A program made the translations under genes and the position numbers. This document shows positions 47,001 to 53,790 of a stretch of 64,000 nt of DNA, in pieces (the first letter of the stretch is position 1; every line of letters starts with the position of its first letter). The notes below the pieces were generated by a model, which was not told where the DNA came from, searched no databases, and worked only from the letters and a program-made list of their open reading frames with translations. Source of the DNA: Carpediemonas membranifera BICM (lineage: Eukaryota > Protista > Fornicata); contig JAHDYR010000053.1 in assembly GCA_019828565.1 (NCBI GenBank), positions 284,214 to 348,213 of the forward strand, read 5' to 3'.

Positions 47001-48773
47001 GGCAATGTTCTCGTCGGGATCTTCCAGTCGAAGGGAGAACGGCATATGCTGGCCCTGGCCTGCTTTCTTAGTGAGACTGGCGATGCAGTATGCTGGGATA
47101 TCTCCCGTGTTGCTGACCCTGATCGTGCGGTTCACTTCAGTGAGGACCTCCACCGACTGAAAATCGATAGTCTTGCCTGAACCCTTGTCTGCCTCAGTCT
47201 TGCCTGAAGCAGCGAGGGGTCTGGCGACAACAGTGGGACCGCGGGCTTCAAAGAACACGGTGTGGTGAATAGCCTCGGAGTCCGGCCGGCCGTGGACCGA
47301 GAAAGGGAGTGCGATCGAGTTCTTGCCGATCTTGAGGGGCGTCACGTTGATGACGACGCTCTGCTCCGTCTGGGGAAGAATCGCGTGGTTACCGCCGTCG
47401 TGGCAGCTTACGGCTGCTGTGCCTGCGGCGTCACCCTCGAGCTTCATCAGACGCCACCATGCGCTGAAGTCTTCGGATGTGTTGCGGACAGTGACAGTGA
47501 TGGGGTACGTCTTCCCGACGAATACGTACTGCACACCCTTGTTGTCGGGCTCCTTCTCCGCGAGGATGGTCCTTGCATCCCCAGAGGCAGCCTCGATGGT
47601 CACCTTGGGAACTACGGCCTCAGCGTCGATGGGGATGGTCTCGTACTCACCCACGTCATCCACGAAGAACTTGAGGTCAGCAGTGAACCGGCCGGGTGTG
47701 ATTGTGGGCATGAACTCGACAAGGACAGTCATACTGGCGCCGGGCTCGAGGAATCCGGGGACGTCGTAGCATGGTTCTGTCGAGTCGGCTTGTTCTGCGC
47801 TCGTTGCGGTGACTGCAAAGACGTTGGAGCCAGAGGTCTGGATTGGGGCCACGGTTCCGTCGGGGCCGATGATGCGGGGGGCTACAACACTGAACCCGAC
47901 GTTGAAGTCGACCTCGTCGTCGTTGGTGACGGTAACCTCCTCACGGTGGTTGAAACCAAACGCCTTCTCACCAAAGAGGATCTTGCGCTTAGTGAGGGCG
48001 AAGCGGGGCCTGGGACACTCGTATTTCACAGTGAGCGAGACGTCGTTCCCACCCTCAACAGCCCAGGTCATTGTGGGCGAGAGTTTGCTGAGAGAGAGGA
48101 CGGTTGGATGCACAGTGACGTCGATGGGGATGATCCCCTCCTTCTCCAGCGTGCCTTCTTCGATGGAGAACGTGATGGATGACGCCCCTTCGCTCTCTGC
48201 GGAGAACGCTTCCCTGGCGCGCTTGTATTTGAACTGGGCGACAATCTCGGACGTATTCTGGAGGAAGACTGTCATCGTCTTCGTAGAACGTATGGAGACT
48301 TGACCGAAGTCGATCGTGTCAGTCTTACGCCGCTCTTCGCGTGGTGTGGCTTGGTCGCGGGGGTCGTGGAGAGTAAAGCGCAAATTAGGGCCAACAGCCT
48401 CACCAGTCAGCGTGAACGTGAGGGTAGTCTTTTTCGGAGGTCCTTCGTCGACAGTAGTGATGTGGATATGGCATATTGCCATGTGTGCGCCCGGATGCTG
48501 GGGGTTGAACGTGAAGTGAAGGAGTGGCCGCGTACCGGGATGGAGTACGTAGCCCTGTAGGTCGGTGACGGTGAACGCATCCCCTTCCACATCCACGGCA
48601 AGGCTGCAGTTCCGTGTGAAGGAACCACGTTGATAATGCAGAGCAAGACTAGAAGAAATGCGCTGTCGAATCGCGATCGTACGGAATGATAACGACTGCT
48701 TTGTTCCATTCCATGATGCAGCTTGTAGCGAGGAGCTCGCGCCATCGTCCTTCAAGACGAATGCACGCTCCAT
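35064..48773 (-). CDS. HYDIN: Hydin, axonemal central-pair protein (about 4570 aa, intronless)
   Basis: Dozens of ASH/Ig-like repeats (xFG...xxNxG/S...F.W...P..G...PG......V.F.P); C-terminal IPLSGRCKHPQPQGPF...WEFYLNG. Confidence 0.92.
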   Translation of the reverse strand: MERAFVLKDDGASSSLQAASWNGTKQSLSFRTIAIRQRISSSLALHYQRGSFTRNCSLAVDVEGDAFTVTDLQGYVLHPGTRPLLHFTFNPQHPGAHMAICHIHITTVDEGPPKKTTLTFTLTGEAVGPNLRFTLHDPRDQATPREERRKTDTIDFGQVSIRSTKTMTVFLQNTSEIVAQFKYKRAREAFSAESEGASSITFSIEEGTLEKEGIIPIDVTVHPTVLSLSKLSPTMTWAVEGGNDVSLTVKYECPRPRFALTKRKILFGEKAFGFNHREEVTVTNDDEVDFNVGFSVVAPRIIGPDGTVAPIQTSGSNVFAVTATSAEQADSTEPCYDVPGFLEPGASMTVLVEFMPTITPGRFTADLKFFVDDVGEYETIPIDAEAVVPKVTIEAASGDARTILAEKEPDNKGVQYVFVGKTYPITVTVRNTSEDFSAWWRLMKLEGDAAGTAAVSCHDGGNHAILPQTEQSVVINVTPLKIGKNSIALPFSVHGRPDSEAIHHTVFFEARGPTVVARPLAASGKTEADKGSGKTIDFQSVEVLTEVNRTIRVSNTGDIPAYCIASLTKKAGQGQHMPFSLRLEDPDENIAIPPHKHVDIPVTLFLENTGKYAAEFVLISSHEPITGDSGRVPQRDNSDCKIAIEARGEGSTVLPVIVGDNEIRRDLEIINGIVELGQAFTGRQLTRTVTLANYGLTAQTVSWLCEIPVTEGEGENKRTKLVTFNPAAPKDGPRPSFTLNSPKETIPRQSQVTFALTGTSKTPSKLDEHWFIQVANADGKGGGSAKTAFSPRLRATFIEPLFKVSSDAMAFNYEYQPEHDGDYEGALVKSQTFSITNASQLDLVAKLVCPAPFVLTEVLPADSDAEPAVVTGGSVDREFAAGSIRRFTLTFDPLVASPGREFVNIKDKLLIRVERHDHVHPISLKATVAYPDVSCDGLDLAGNPLVSFGTCLNDSVQTRRLRLTNTCGLDTPVRIKWSYLEAKQEVEQAKEDGRYIPSNRTFEITPTAFEMAKGESVDITVTYHAHADTACSCTALAHIEGGPTRKLRLSGSASGIAYTLSNDTVEMDPTLFTTAVSKEVVLSNTGLVPFKFAIHCPPHSHLRAEPSGGTLFPAGSGSRSTTPIQLVVDPSVPRHYDITATLRVGFLEPRPIRVAGVATFQRMALSLPRETELDDTILPEPHTQEELEAEADRLAVVEAVGANESLANATTAVVTAGGLRPRRVASAGGLNGMLRSAVYATYRHSFGPVLWDGSATVTFTLKNYGPSKMTFTPDQQLMASHGLKMDPPKLSPVAVGDSTTIKIELRPQSLKTRDPNESSLRKTGGMPFFVNIPIRPNNGMGVAVRFEAVIVTPRLSTIPPSLSFGEVFLGQAQKLRLKLHNAEPLPCDFAVTQTVFNSKGKTPTVTLDPPAGTVPPTGDLEIDAIFTPIEAGKNSASVALKVANSKLLHVSATGTGVDPEITIGPSEVEIPAMLPRSTLGSHAPVELVNNSAHPIEVFCMDFDSTFRKEFAARKEFGGYLDDRAIIPIENVADKTEDAPIPPVVIVTARAPADTLDTEALVDSIAQVWGADVVRGGMDALTEEIAQRTFPPSDPVVFHLSELLPMSDCPEHKASLSKGNASRESLPAPADPVADSHKAIAQAILDKSAVAVEEGDSLSETLRTMPFPVHFLALDIPAALPVFRSIARIEEQIDSLPDAPELPTEVKDVDEEDWERMSGAERELIQFKRRQHKRELTTLRRRREFLQKQLLDARDELEDAMARQPVPSGGIHRSIVPDKSASDDGIRELFQEEVQFKPPAPFDGYGENERFEVVYRPKTAPSNTTAIRNPAGKFVPCQDSSVVFTIVDTVPKPPRRPSNAHQTPASPRLSRSSSRGSRASLSEAAEPAKTEPTPVHARWTIPAGKKKVVYALFKSDIACTVRRTLTFGVVGLSTRSWPVLLKATATLPAINTSPHVLLPGSNKGAENAVTGWIPSSTEPVKGPVTRLDSIGLFSFGSLRLNRHRFTPAPWVTDQGAVDCTGVAWDTGPEMPHKHHVQTVALVNVEPLPIKAKLVWRYGGHGKSRELKTIEADPTITECELAPPVAEKKGEKNPKAKGKAPPPAEPVRIFDSKTEYEESSCFHTSESELTIAPGELKTVQVLAYPDVFGPVEDQLLITMENNPSPVVVPFKVVGDVPRIRMASETVEFERLLLNRTATMTATITNSSSLHAVWRLSPESKEKLAKADMSIAPECGLLLGRRGQSSTDLTVTFQSKCVEKFEEDIVIEVYDQTEVPKAIVAQLVEKKPVPNAPRRKKDGKKPVDPYAPAFADALPSPIHTTACKVHAEGYRIGVELDMPDNAPHVDFENLRVNEVRETEITLRNTGVYDIRYKFLVSAELNGLLVVDKVGGILPIAPPETKQVKGAPVVAPGKVKVAFGVDREFFYASNKAMLVQIIEDATGEVVDTLPIPAKASATFNKWKLTPARSLSFGALADGAVKTRQFELANTGAFPFNFTFGQSEEIKRIEQARFAAAAEQKTARLTAVKNGEVAPVRPSTGAKAPKPTKGETPVLAGDPVVVTPAELGGELTLAGGMFTLTPAHGSVEPGSSVQVSVAFTAHGQWAGTELIGLDITGRDPAESAGPEVGDIEPENLCGVRYTVDGESSVPGIDVENYASIFEEHKIVSRAGEDTSVVDDTFVFVRQGKDGGVFQFGQVLPGVTKQARYKLTNPFKVPVALDIAVDGRDPARPSTSSGAKGAKTPAKAGKPADEPPSAFTVEPSHVYLAPRQSVYVTCSFKPTHMAVYEANFAVTAEVGETSTQPVTARKGGKGASEPKQPALAAHQQLRFTVRGEGSLPHIQLTHPEPVPASEIEARLAESVVAPAADKTKGKGRPGSQSKPRAGGSEVADQYALFFGKNMMNTQTHRKVVVRCVGQIAATVRGSLVRSVDDQLVRAGGNCPFRLNGGALVSVDQLDGSDSATIQVTYAPASDSDHDSKFALRLTVDNNEYETVAIPLFGTAYSTDIVAAELPGDETSIVRIGDAFTGASKTVSFKLVNTSRQLFTFDWKQNDEIRKRLADLAEPDDPKAKTKTAKKPAKAESVVMSNIPDGVTVEPESGELGPGQELLVDVTFRADEPVAYTPDTTALQCYYRPVLPEGETSEEVCLRLGLVCTCGNPEFSLGIEPEDMKFVEDGEEVTVKSYHIQFAGTIMYETRAVTVPLANTGSVAVEYSWMVERKEIEGDIGVQADPGFTVAPAHGSVPPGETAQLSFQFHPQQAMAYEGFAALTVAGLEHEMEDEAHAHKFLVYLDSATLQPDIHFNLDVSQQYLLNTADLRPPESGWERSEAKVFRIDATGLRVRKSGHFTAIVPVVPGQAFTREPTFRWLPVGDKPKSLAVTTASGSLIRDQATSSYRKQMSFEFIPTHMERVEAYLNLEVSVQGRPRNIVPFLVLGFPSEPDVSVNRSSINFGSLLIGSEQEQVKAVTLTNNSEMTLSFRDFAVQLARGDKTPPAVTIEPAEGHIDANSSVELAIKFRPTEEREYNYQIVGRVDRKETPISINVKGVGFAVHEELILAGPEPVKLRYDSPSEIDLGTIFLQEKRAQLFRLVNNGRFPMNFAIRAPDNRHMSVLPVSGTVAPGAHGELTLSFFPQTEVTLKETVAVSVASGHKYLLDVTGKAVRPKLAFNLTKHDFGPQFIYHGGMSEDSIAHVDIVITNKDQHTLSVDPGFDATKVPHLEMRDAAPTILAPGESTTFRLMFKPRQATHYRDMIPFVINGLLTMHVTVEGSGTPLALECASKDVSIGAINVGTKRTREVRFTNRSKAPMKVKLCMPSIPPYLRVGLVNETVAPKRRPGMPEQVKSTATPTPQEEIELKPDHHGMVMISYEPRGRTHFNDVPVSVEVAGDVIELFKVSGAALGRSLRLDTEQLVFPPVVYGNKVTRVLKLQNDGDIDTHFRWDIEKLKPHFSIDKTSGVIDRNSDIDIVVTFEPTSIDESIVVRDVQCAFVMDDDSTKSVHDPVAVTFSGASVAVASATETIALECPVRGTAVKTVSIANPTEREWRLRPSVMATSQLQKTIRAAKGESVEEAEVQKDDDLYGGQPFSTVDVLVVPARGSKDITVTFKPQRMTTEPVLGSLLVPLPDGTAKLISLEGTATAPEDAGHHTWETIAKFSYKTEVDVSNWLPVSQRFTAELVLRDAYEAKIDVPKTSKSGSRPSSRRQSSAGTPQPGVSRGVRNPALLESASVTGPAAIDVPSLTSRDYAITFFSHVAGVFLGDIVLTNARTGEYIKHTFEYTARPPGVVSAISLETLARKPAVHTLRLENPLESPVTFTSACPDAAVFLPQTVALKPKSSSTIDVTYRPLVPTDKGGPVETELTFTSDKLGVLRHKLSLTARDPPPEESLHFECPLGNVQEQIGRITSLKDSAVTYKVSCDSADFTVPATLAAPAATDVNGVEVQIPIQFVPSSLGDTRAIVTIADPSGGTFTIPLSGRCKHPQPQGPFDISLNGSVQIQFKSPFKSPVVMTYQILGGSSAFILPVTRETLAPDKAINITVQYKPTTPVRAPATLVVSATTGSEGGLVRWEFYLNGKGN

Positions 48774-48944
48774 CGTTCGTGATTTCTGGCATAAAGTGCA
48801 CCTCCAGATTTTGCGCCATTTATGAGACAAGGCACGTAGTACACGAGGCTACACTGAGTATATTGTAGCGCTGGCATCCTTTCCCACTTTTTGCGGAGCA
48901 TAATCTGCGCGTCCCTTGATCGACAAGACATATTTCATACAGTC

Positions 48945-49607
48945 ATGGCGGAACCCGAAGACGTCAGGGACAAGATCGCGATCCTTTGCTCGCAGTTGCA
49001 TGACAAGTACTCCAACGAAATTCGCAATGCCGTCAAGCAGGTCCAAAAGGGCAACCATCCCGCCATTACTGAGCGTCTGGAATCCCTCAAGGCAGCGCAT
49101 GAGAAGAAAATCAAGGAATCCGAGGAAAAGAAGCAGCGTAGCTCACAAGAAATCCTCGATCGGTACAAGGTTGCCCGCGAAGAAGCACTCCATCGTCTTC
49201 AGACGGCCATGTACGACGCGAAGAGGATGCTTCTCTCAGACGTCGAGTTCCAGCGCAACATGTTCGCCGCTGAACTTCGTAAGTACGGCATGACCGAGGA
49301 GCTCCCCAAGGTTCCCAGCCCGCCATTTGAACTCCTCGACGAGCCTGCACAACACCTCAAACGCGCCCCTGAGGAGGAGGATGAGGAAATGGAGGAGAAG
49401 CCTGACGACGCAGAAGAGGATGAGAAGAAGGAACCGGAGGCTGCTGAAGAAGAGGAGAAGGTGACGGAGGAGGAGGAGGAACCTGAGGAGCAGGCTGAAC
49501 AGGCGGATGTCGTGGGCGACGACGCCGGGAATGCTGAGCCTACCGAGCCTGTCGAGGAAGCGAAGGCCGAGGAGCCTGCAGTTGACGAGGACGAGCCCAT
49601 CGAGTGA
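48945..49607 (+). CDS. Sds3/BRMS1-like Sin3-HDAC subunit candidate with acidic tail
   Basis: KQVQKGNHPAITERLESLKAAHEKKIKESEE...ILDRYKVAREEA...AKRMLLSDVE resembles the Sds3 coiled-coil domain. Confidence 0.5.
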   Translation: MAEPEDVRDKIAILCSQLHDKYSNEIRNAVKQVQKGNHPAITERLESLKAAHEKKIKESEEKKQRSSQEILDRYKVAREEALHRLQTAMYDAKRMLLSDVEFQRNMFAAELRKYGMTEELPKVPSPPFELLDEPAQHLKRAPEEEDEEMEEKPDDAEEDEKKEPEAAEEEEKVTEEEEEPEEQAEQADVVGDDAGNAEPTEPVEEAKAEEPAVDEDEPIE

Positions 49608-49815
49608 GCGACGCCACCATCGTATTAAACCACGCGCCCTGTTTTGTCGAGTTTTTAAAGATAATAATGCACAAGGCGATGAGGGGAATGATTGGGGCGA
49701 GGCGAGTCTATCGCGCCCCAGCTCATGCCCTGGATTGCGCATTGGTCCATCCTTCGTTGAAGAATCGACTCCGTGGCGAGTTATGGCAAAACACGACGAA
49801 AAACCAGGCCTAGAC

Positions 49816-51276
49816 ATGAACAGCAAGCGATACCGCCTTGCTGATCTTAGCGAGGAACGCGTACGATCTCTTGCTTCATCGTCAGTTCTTCAGAACTATC
49901 GCCAGCAGCTTAAAACTAGCGCGGACATGTTTTTCGATGAACCAGAACCATCAACGCTATCCCCGACAACAAGAACACCAACAGCGCCGCGAGTTCGTGC
50001 TTCTCCGCAACAGACCCAGGTTATGAACCTGCAACATCGTGATTCCCCGCAACAACTCCTCAAGAACCGAGAATCACCGCAACAACGAATGGAATCCCCA
50101 AGCTCCGCCCCCATTCCCCACCAAATCACACGGCGTTCGGCGCAGAGAGCTGAGACTGAGTCAGCGATCCTTGAGGACATCCTTCTGGCCATCCAGAGCC
50201 TCGAACACGCCACCCGGTCGAACCAGGCAACACTCAGCGACCTCGTGCGGCAAGTAGGCGCGCTCACCGCTGCCCAGCAACAGGTGCTGTCCCGCCCCGC
50301 GACTATGGTTGGCGGAAGCCCCTCGAGGTCGCCAGAGAACATGCGCCCGGCACAGGCGAGCCCGGCATATATTGAGGGCACGCAGCCGGACCAGCCAAAG
50401 CGGAAGAAGAAGAACATTTTCCGCATGCTTGCGCCCATTGGCCGTAAGAAGAAGGGCAAACACGGCAAGTCCACACACCCCAGGATCGTACGAGCGTTGG
50501 ACATCGACGAGACGTCCTCCAGAGCCATGTCCGCAGCCTCACTGACTGATTTTGACTTTGACTCGACTCATAAGTCACGGTCGACCAGGTCTGGTCTCGG
50601 AGAGGTTACGAGGGTGAGCCCAGACTGCGAGGAGGACGAGCCGCCGACTAGACCCCCTGCTATCCCTGTGGAGCCTGCTGAGCCCGTGAGAGAAGCGGTG
50701 AGGCCAACACTCCCAATAGATGTGGTGGAGGCAGCGGTCGACCATGAAGGCGTGCAGGCGGAGCTGACTGACACAGACCCTGCCGACTCGCCTCGCCAGG
50801 ACCCCGCGGCAGCTGTAACAGAAGAGTCCGCACCCACGGTACAGCAGGCAGAGGTTCTACCCGACGCTGAGGCCGACTCCGAGGCCAACGCTGAGCTCGA
50901 CCCCACCGCCCTTTCCCCAGTCCCGGAGCCCGCCGCCCCGTTCCACCGCGCTCCTGTACCCGAACCACAAGAAGCCACCCCAGGCTCACCCGACTCGCTG
51001 GCGCTGTCAGACGACGGAGTGGTGGAGACGGGGGTGACCGAGTACCCCCTCTCCCCCGCCCTGCACAGCTCGACCGCGGAGCTGCCCACCGTGACCGACA
51101 GTGAGCTCGACGAAGCGGAGTTGGCTCAGGCGGGGCACGATAAGTCTGCTGAGGACGCCGAGGTGGCTGCGTTGATGCCAACCAGGGCGCTAGGTAGCCC
51201 TGATTTCCCCTCGTATACGCCCCCTGAAGATGAGAGCGACTCCGGCCCTGGGACGCGGCTACCGGGCCTCGCATGA
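49816..51276 (+). CDS. Hypothetical, largely disordered protein with short coiled coil and basic patch
   Basis: Long ORF; P/S/E-rich; KRKKK and RKKKGK basic motifs. Confidence 0.7.
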   Translation: MNSKRYRLADLSEERVRSLASSSVLQNYRQQLKTSADMFFDEPEPSTLSPTTRTPTAPRVRASPQQTQVMNLQHRDSPQQLLKNRESPQQRMESPSSAPIPHQITRRSAQRAETESAILEDILLAIQSLEHATRSNQATLSDLVRQVGALTAAQQQVLSRPATMVGGSPSRSPENMRPAQASPAYIEGTQPDQPKRKKKNIFRMLAPIGRKKKGKHGKSTHPRIVRALDIDETSSRAMSAASLTDFDFDSTHKSRSTRSGLGEVTRVSPDCEEDEPPTRPPAIPVEPAEPVREAVRPTLPIDVVEAAVDHEGVQAELTDTDPADSPRQDPAAAVTEESAPTVQQAEVLPDAEADSEANAELDPTALSPVPEPAAPFHRAPVPEPQEATPGSPDSLALSDDGVVETGVTEYPLSPALHSSTAELPTVTDSELDEAELAQAGHDKSAEDAEVAALMPTRALGSPDFPSYTPPEDESDSGPGTRLPGLA

Positions 51277-51375
51277 TGTAAACTACTACTGCTAGTGAGT
51301 GCGGACGGTGTATTGGATGATTTACTGGTCAGCGGAGTCGTTTGAGTTGGGATTGAATGAAAGAGTGAAAGCACA

Positions 51376-52179
51376 ATGGCCACCGTCGGAAGTGTGGAGC
51401 ATTTCATCAATGAAATCATCCCTCCTACTGATATATGCATGGAGAATGACCCTATTGGCCTCCACGTAGGCGACAGAGCGGCGCCAGTGACCAAAGTGCT
51501 CGTTTGCCTCGATGTGGACGCGGACACGCTGGCCGAAGCCAAAGAGCACGGCTGTGAGATGATTTTAGCTCACCATCCACTCATATTCCGCCCTCTGAAA
51601 GACGTTGTTGCTGGAAACGCATTCGACACCTCGTCGCTTGTCTTCGATGCCGTCCGTTCCGGGGTCGCCATCATGACCGCCCACACCAACCTGGACAAGT
51701 CTGACTACGGTACCAACGCTGCCATCGCCTCTGCCATTGGCTATGACTACTCCACAGCCATGCCGATCGATGCCACGGGTCTCTTGAGAAAGTTCGATGC
51801 TGTTGACGGCACAACAACCAAGTCTCTCGCCCAGAAGCTGGCGTGCAAGCTGAATGTCCCAGTAGTGAACATGACTACAACAAACGCCAATCGCCCAGTC
51901 GCCTCCTTCGCCATGTGCTCGGGCGCAGGCTTCAGCTTCCTCTCCGACGTGGTCAAGTCCGGGGCCGACCTCTTCATCACGGGGGATGTGGGCTACCACG
52001 AGGCACAGGCTGCCCGGGCGGCCGGGGTCGACCTGATCGACATCCAGCATTACTCGGAAGGGATGTTCATGGAAGTGCTGGTGCCCATGTTGAATGCTCG
52101 TGGGGCGGACGAGAGGGGCGGAGTGGAGTTTATTGCGTCGAAGAAGCAGCATAACGTGTGGACACCCATCACTGTTTAG
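51376..52179 (+). CDS. NIF3/YbgI-family dinuclear metal-centre protein (GTP cyclohydrolase 1 type 2 family)
   Basis: DPIGLHVG, VLVCLDV, ILAHHPLIFRPL, AHTNLD, FITGDVGYHEA, IDIQHYSE. Confidence 0.92.
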   Translation: MATVGSVEHFINEIIPPTDICMENDPIGLHVGDRAAPVTKVLVCLDVDADTLAEAKEHGCEMILAHHPLIFRPLKDVVAGNAFDTSSLVFDAVRSGVAIMTAHTNLDKSDYGTNAAIASAIGYDYSTAMPIDATGLLRKFDAVDGTTTKSLAQKLACKLNVPVVNMTTTNANRPVASFAMCSGAGFSFLSDVVKSGADLFITGDVGYHEAQAARAAGVDLIDIQHYSEGMFMEVLVPMLNARGADERGGVEFIASKKQHNVWTPITV

Positions 52180-52339
52180 ATCCCGCGGAGAAGAGTAAAG
52201 ATAAGCCTGCCGCGAATGAGCCTGAGCCTGGGCCTGGAGATTGTGTCTGTGGCCGTCGCTGGTCATTGCAGTCCTACAGCGCTGGTCGAGTCGGAAAGTC
52301 GATATTGCGGAAGCTCCCTGTAGCACGGCGCAAAAGTCG

Positions 52340-52901
52340 ATGGTTTTCGAGGTCGTTCATCCTGACGGCAGCGTGATAGTATATGTTAACCCAAAGCAGT
52401 TTCAAGCGATCATGAGGCGCAGGACGTCCGGAATCGTCCTTCGTCGCCTCCCGGTATGTTTCCTCGCCAAATCTTACTCAGAAACGGACGCACTTCGCAG
52501 GAAGACCGCGCGATGAGACAGGAAAGTATGTTGTGGTTCATGACCGCGAGAACCGAGTCCCAATCACCATTCCCAACCCGACCACAGGTACTACCATCAT
52601 TCCCAACGAGCCAGAGCCAGAGCCGACGTCTGACGGCCTTGGCGCAATGCCCCGTACCACTGCGCAGTCATCCGACCCGCCCAGATCTGAAACTCAGCCC
52701 GCTCCATCCCGCCGAGGCGGTGCCCGACGCCGCCCGGCTCCGAGGGCCACCGTGAACAGCCAAGTGAATCCCGGGACGACCACGAGAGGGCCCTCAGATG
52801 AGAGCTCGCCCAGTGCTGCGGGACTGCCGGGGGCCGAGTCAGGGGCGGTGTTTGGCCGGGCGATGAGCATGGTGGAGCTATGCAACAAGCTGTTTTGCTG
52901 A
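52340..52901 (+). CDS. Divergent NF-YA/HAP2-like transcription factor; exons 52340-52453, 52482-52901
   Basis: YVNPKQFQAIMRRR (cf. NF-YA YVNAKQYxxIxxRR) spliced to KRTHFAGRPRDETGKY (cf. RxRGxGGRF). Confidence 0.6.
52454..52481 (+). other. Spliceosomal intron, 28 nt (NF-YA-like)
   Basis: GTATGT...TTACTCAG; phase 0; links two ORF fragments in frame. Confidence 0.82.
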
Positions 52902-53274
52902 GGCAGTGCGCTTTCGTACTGAAGATCGGGCGAGGGATAGTCTCTCTGGTCCCAAGCTCACTGTTGTCTGAGTTCGCCGGGTGGTAACTTCGGCAGAGTG
53001 TCACAGTAAACCTGTTAAATACGTAAACGGCAGTAGGCCATTCATTCATTCCATGCTGCATGATCCACCGAGAGCCAGACACAGTTTGACCCGCCCCGAG
53101 ATTGCCTTCTCTCCCAGGATCATCAATACTGAGTCAGCCTGTGAGCATCATTCGACTCAACAACTGCCAGGGCAGTCTTTCCGACGATCTCAAGTCGCCC
53201 GATACGCTTGGATTCCATTCATCAGCTGGCACTTGGACCACTAAAGACCAACCTCGCACAGAATCACTGGACGA

Positions 53275-53652
53275 ATGCTTTCCACTCTTTCCAAGGTTTG
53301 TGCCCGCATGGTCTCATTGTAGCTAATACAGACCATCTCTCTGGACTTTGCCCGCATGGCCTCCACCGTTACCATCAAATACCCCGGTGTCCCCGATATT
53401 GCTGCTGCTGTTGGCGAGAGACTCGATAAGGTCCTGAAGGAGGCTGTTCCCGGCTTCAAGAACTCCTGCAACGGCGCCGCTGTGTGCACCAAGTGCATGG
53501 TCTCCATCAATACCGACCACCTCTCCAAGCTCCCTCCCGTGACCGAGGATGAGGCTGACGGCCTTGAGGACGTCGATGCTGAGCCTAACCAGCGCCTCAC
53601 TTGCCAGATCAATGTCACGAACGACATGGACGGCCTTGAAATCATTGCGTAA
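53275..53652 (+). CDS. [2Fe-2S] ferredoxin (adrenodoxin/hydrogenosomal type) with N-terminal presequence; exons 53275-53295, 53332-53652
   Basis: C-x5-C-x2-C (CNGAAVCTKC), EDEADGL, RLTCQI; spliced leader MLSTLSKTISLDFAR. Confidence 0.9.
53296..53331 (+). other. Spliceosomal intron, 36 nt (ferredoxin presequence)
   Basis: GTTTGT...TAATACAG; 3n length with in-frame TAG. Confidence 0.85.
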
Positions 53653-53790
53653 ATGTAGTTTTGTGGGTGCTGCGGTATTACGATGAGCGGAAGAAGATGT
53701 GATGGCTGCAGGCCGATGCCAAGACGTCTCCTCGCTTCAGAGGGTGCACATGGTTGCCTCATCATTTCCTCATCATTTTCGAACGTGAAC

